Positions 27,552-31,002 of a DNA stretch of 31,002 bases are shown here, piece by piece. A program made the translations under genes and the position numbers. Within the stretch, counting starts at the first letter, position 1; every line of letters starts with the position of its first letter. Where the stretch lies: positions 1 to 31,002 of the IMG/VR virus record IMGVR_UViG_3300005611_000133; one strand, given 5' to 3'. Origin of the DNA: a virus. Taxonomy: Duplodnaviria > Caudoviricetes. The notes beneath the pieces are model-generated. The model saw only the letters and a list, made by a program, of their open reading frames with translations, had not been told where the DNA came from and did no database searches.

Positions 27552-28154
27552 ATGAAATTTCCACCCGTAAATTTATATGTTGTAATGTCCGCAGGGGCAT
27601 TCATGCAATTACAGGGATGCGCTTCAGTTGAAGAAATGCAGATGGGCTATCAAGCGCAAGCGGCCATCGTTGCCGCACAGACACAAGCACATCAAGCACC
27701 GCTTTTTAGCCTCAAGTGTGGCAGTGAGAAAGACGCATGTAAAGGGTTAGCCTTTGAGTATAACCCTGCTAAACCACCTGTAACAGTGCCGAAAGTTACT
27801 AACACTAACGACACTATTCTAGGTGTAGCAGACCCAATCGTCACAGGTGTTGGCTATATTGTCGGGGGTGTTACAGCAATTAGATTAGCAGATAAAATTA
27901 TGGATAATGTAGGTAATGGGAATGTTCACACTACTAGCGTTACAAGCGTTGTTGGCGATAATAATGATACATCTAGTAACCCGGTCATCAGTAAACAATC
28001 ACACGATGGCATTACTGATAGTCACGATGTTTCTAATACTGATAACTCCACTACTGATAGTCACGATGCTACTTCAACTCCTACAGTAGTAACCCAGCCG
28101 ACGCCTGTTATCGTAAAGCCTGAGATTGTTAAACCGGAGGTTGTACTACCATGA
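27552..28154 (+). CDS. Putative lipoprotein
   Basis: N-terminal hydrophobic stretch ending LQGC; low-complexity C-terminus with SHD repeats. Confidence 0.55.
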   Translation: MKFPPVNLYVVMSAGAFMQLQGCASVEEMQMGYQAQAAIVAAQTQAHQAPLFSLKCGSEKDACKGLAFEYNPAKPPVTVPKVTNTNDTILGVADPIVTGVGYIVGGVTAIRLADKIMDNVGNGNVHTTSVTSVVGDNNDTSSNPVISKQSHDGITDSHDVSNTDNSTTDSHDATSTPTVVTQPTPVIVKPEIVKPEVVLP

Positions 28155-28507
28155 ACAAAGCTTACCGATCTAAATTAGAAGTCAGTCCGTTATACGATGG
28201 TAAAACATGGGAAGTGACAAGCCCTTTTGAATTTATAGCCTATGGCCAAAAGTTCGTGATACCCGTTGGATTCACATTTGATTTTGCAAGTATCCCTGTA
28301 GCTTTCCGCTGGTTGTTTCAACCTGCAACAGGTAAATATAGAATGGCTGCTTTATGTCACGATTATCTTTATACAACAAAGACATTCAGTCGTTTGTATG
28401 CTGATAATTTCTTTTTGGATATGATGAAACAGGACAGAGTAAACTGGCTTAAGCGATACACAATCTACTGGGCAGTGAGATTAGGTGGCGGGAGTTATTA
28501 CGGATGA
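28151..28507 (+). CDS. DUF1353-like protein
   Basis: IPVGFTFDFASIP, AALCHDYLY, AD..F, YWAVRLGG. Confidence 0.85.
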   Translation: MNKAYRSKLEVSPLYDGKTWEVTSPFEFIAYGQKFVIPVGFTFDFASIPVAFRWLFQPATGKYRMAALCHDYLYTTKTFSRLYADNFFLDMMKQDRVNWLKRYTIYWAVRLGGGSYYG

Positions 28508-29085
28508 GTATATTTGGCCCATCGCATCTTGATAAGATGCAGAACAAGATTGAGCTACTCACATCAACTGTAAATGCGTTGCATACAAACTTAGTTAAGC
28601 ACATGGAGCATGAAGAAGTGTTAGATAAACAAAAAATGATAAGTCAAGCAGAGATGATGGGTAAGCTTGATAAGCTTTTTGATTCTTTTTCTGCACACAA
28701 GACGCTATCTGAACAGCGGCATAATGAGTTAAGCCTTAAGCAAGTGCAAGGGATTGCTGACTGTCAGAAAGAAATGAAACAATGGATTAAAGATGACTTT
28801 GTTACAAAGGATGAAGCCAAGATATTAAAAGACGATGTGCTGATAAAAGCGGCACTGGAAAGACAGCGGGACTTAGAAAATTACGCAAGTAAGAATGACC
28901 TACAAATATGCTCACAGCAGATTCTAAGTCAGACAAAAGAAGACCGCTTAACTTATGGTAAAGCTATGCGTGAAGATATTGAAGCCGATCTTTTGAAGCG
29001 GGTTAATATGCTTAAGTGGATTGGTGGTGCGATAACACTTGCTATCCTGTTTTTTTCAAACTTTAAATTTACAGGTGCAATGTAA
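28504..29085 (+). CDS. Hypothetical coiled-coil protein with C-terminal transmembrane segment
   Basis: WIGGAITLAILFF at the C-terminus; precedes the endolysin. Confidence 0.7.
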   Translation: MSIFGPSHLDKMQNKIELLTSTVNALHTNLVKHMEHEEVLDKQKMISQAEMMGKLDKLFDSFSAHKTLSEQRHNELSLKQVQGIADCQKEMKQWIKDDFVTKDEAKILKDDVLIKAALERQRDLENYASKNDLQICSQQILSQTKEDRLTYGKAMREDIEADLLKRVNMLKWIGGAITLAILFFSNFKFTGAM

Positions 29086-29429
29086 TGTATTTTAAGCGTA
29101 GTGAGTTTAAATGTCGCTGTCTCGAGTGCGGTGGAGATACCGTTGATTTTGAGTTAATGGATGTATTAAATGAATTAAGGGAATACTTTAATACACCTGT
29201 TTTTATCACATCGGGGTTTAGATGCAATGATAGAAATATATTGGTTGGAGGCTCACCTAACAGTCAGCATTTAACGGGCAAAGCAGCTGATATTATTGTC
29301 CAGGGTATAACACCAGAAAAGATATACCGCTATTTAGATCAAAAGTATCCAGACAAATACGGGATGGGTAATGCAAAAACATTTACACACATTGACGTAA
29401 GAAACACTAAAGCCCGATGGGCGTATTAA
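29085..29429 (+). CDS. Peptidase M15A-family endolysin
   Basis: FKRSEFKCRC, ITSGFRC..N..VGG..SQH..GKAADI, FTHIDVR. Confidence 0.9.
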   Translation: MYFKRSEFKCRCLECGGDTVDFELMDVLNELREYFNTPVFITSGFRCNDRNILVGGSPNSQHLTGKAADIIVQGITPEKIYRYLDQKYPDKYGMGNAKTFTHIDVRNTKARWAY

Positions 29430-29442
29430 ATTAGAGGTAAAT

Positions 29443-29856
29443 ATGAACAAATTAGCAGAAGAACTTAAAAAAGCAGACTATGCGGGTTTAACAGATCAGC
29501 AATGTTTTGATTTGTTGACAACCAGAAATATTACTGTAAAAACATCAATCCAGACACACGATATACAAAAGTATCTAATGCTTAAAGGCAAGCTACTTGC
29601 GATTGAGTCAAGCGATTTACTGTCTGCTAAAACAGCAGTTCGAGCAATGGAGTTGTTCAATACGTTTGATATTTCAGATGCAGAAATTGATGCAACACTA
29701 ACAGGAACGCTAGATGCGTTAATAGCAGATTCACTAATAGATGCAAATGATAAAACGGCTATTTTAAGTATGGGTGAGTCTTTAAAGTCTAAAGCAGAAA
29801 TTGAAGGACTAGGACGCGTATTGTTCGGACATATAGCAAGAGCAAAGGAGCTATAA
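29443..29856 (+). CDS. Hypothetical protein (137 aa)
   Basis: GAGG RBS; operon continuity. Confidence 0.75.
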   Translation: MNKLAEELKKADYAGLTDQQCFDLLTTRNITVKTSIQTHDIQKYLMLKGKLLAIESSDLLSAKTAVRAMELFNTFDISDAEIDATLTGTLDALIADSLIDANDKTAILSMGESLKSKAEIEGLGRVLFGHIARAKEL

Positions 29857-29859
29857 GCG

Positions 29860-30267
29860 ATGGCTACAATAAAGCAGGTATATGACGCAACAGCCAACAC
29901 GGCTGGCTCATGGAGTACATTACTTGATGGGCTAACGTCGGGCAGTGTTTCAACTTCTGGCGCAGAAGATAACTCAACTAACAAATTTTTAGCTATGGAT
30001 TTAGAAATCAAAGTCGTCGCCGGAGCAGGGCATACGAGCGGCACGTTTGATGTATACCTCGTGCGTTCAGCGGACAACAGCGATTTTTCAAGCGATCCAT
30101 TATTTTTAACCAGCGTGATATTAGCAGCGTCAACAACATCAACAAAAGTTATTCGTGTTGAGCAACTTCCGAAGTATTTTAAATTTTATGTTGATAATAA
30201 TTCAAATGACGCACTGGGCACAGGTAGCGCATTAGTTTACTACGGCGTGGATTTAAGCAATGCCTAA
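29860..30267 (+). CDS. Hypothetical beta-rich protein (135 aa), possibly a virion accessory
   Basis: Operon continuity; Ser/Thr/Gly-rich. Confidence 0.7.
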   Translation: MATIKQVYDATANTAGSWSTLLDGLTSGSVSTSGAEDNSTNKFLAMDLEIKVVAGAGHTSGTFDVYLVRSADNSDFSSDPLFLTSVILAASTTSTKVIRVEQLPKYFKFYVDNNSNDALGTGSALVYYGVDLSNA

Positions 30268-31002
30268 TAAGCCTATTGGCCAAGTAGAAATTGATTGGGG
30301 TCATCCTTTAGCGGAGGGGCTAAGGGGGTGTTATCTATTTAATGACACTTATGATTTAGTCAGTCACGAAAAAGTGACTTTAAGAGGGGATTCGATATTA
30401 GATGGCACTGGTAATTTAGTTGTAGATTCTTCGCTGTCATTTCCAATCAATGACGGTGCATATACATCAACTAAAAGTGTGCATAATGGCGAGCTATCTG
30501 TAGTAGCAGATATAACTTTAAGATCATCAGGACTAAATCAACAAATATATTCTGCTGACAGCAATGACTCCAACAAAAGGGAATGGCAATTTAGAATATC
30601 AGGCACTAATAATGTTCAGTTTATACCGTTTGTCAATAATTCTAATGATCCTGCAACAGGATCAACAGCATTAACCGTAGGCAACAGGTACACAGTCGGC
30701 TGCACACACAATAAAACATTAAGTACAAATAATGTAGTTGTGTATTTAAACGGTATGCAAGATGGCGTGGATACTAAACCCGGCAGCTTAGATGATGATG
30801 GGGCATTGAAATGTATCGGCATACGAACCAAAACAATCACACCAACAATATTTACAGAGGCCGCATCGCATAAGTTTAATTATATTTATCATTGGGATAG
30901 AGCCTTATCAGCAGAAGAAATCCAATCACTACACCAAGACCCCTATCAATTCCTAAAGCCCGTAAAGACCGTACAAGAGCAAGCTTATGCAGCGTTGTTT
31001 AG
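30260..31002 (+). CDS. LamG/concanavalin A-like domain protein (runs off the right edge)
   Basis: Hand translation open from ATG 30260 to the end: IDWGHPLAEGL..., VYLNG, WDRALSAEEIQSL. Confidence 0.75.
   Translation, partial: MPNKPIGQVEIDWGHPLAEGLRGCYLFNDTYDLVSHEKVTLRGDSILDGTGNLVVDSSLSFPINDGAYTSTKSVHNGELSVVADITLRSSGLNQQIYSADSNDSNKREWQFRISGTNNVQFIPFVNNSNDPATGSTALTVGNRYTVGCTHNKTLSTNNVVVYLNGMQDGVDTKPGSLDDDGALKCIGIRTKTITPTIFTEAASHKFNYIYHWDRALSAEEIQSLHQDPYQFLKPVKTVQEQAYAALF

Overview
About 31 kb of a tailed dsDNA phage with siphovirus-like gene order. No integrase, tRNA or rRNA is visible, and both ends cut through genes. A leftward early block holds an SNF2-like helicase (partial), YqaJ exonuclease, SSB and Sak4-like ATPase. 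It diverges from a rightward block with a Cro-like protein, primase-polymerase/helicase, a palindrome-rich probable origin, MazG-like, ThyX and a C5 DNA methyltransferase. Packaging, head, tail and lysis genes follow. The standout is at 949-1927 (minus strand): a lone RAMP/Cas7-like gene directly followed by a non-coding array. The array has four tracts of (NN-GCA) pentamers, in which only the dinucleotide varies. The tracts are separated by three conserved 57-58 bp linkers with GNRA-capped hairpins showing covariation, which suggests an RNA-guided system with a non-contiguous guide code. Also notable: an intact HNH endonuclease gene nested in the +1 frame of the still-open methyltransferase ORF, a split methyltransferase, and a tail fibre with five 153-bp repeats that vary at codon positions 1-2 of a few loop codons. 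All protein calls come from motif recognition by eye; no database searches were run.
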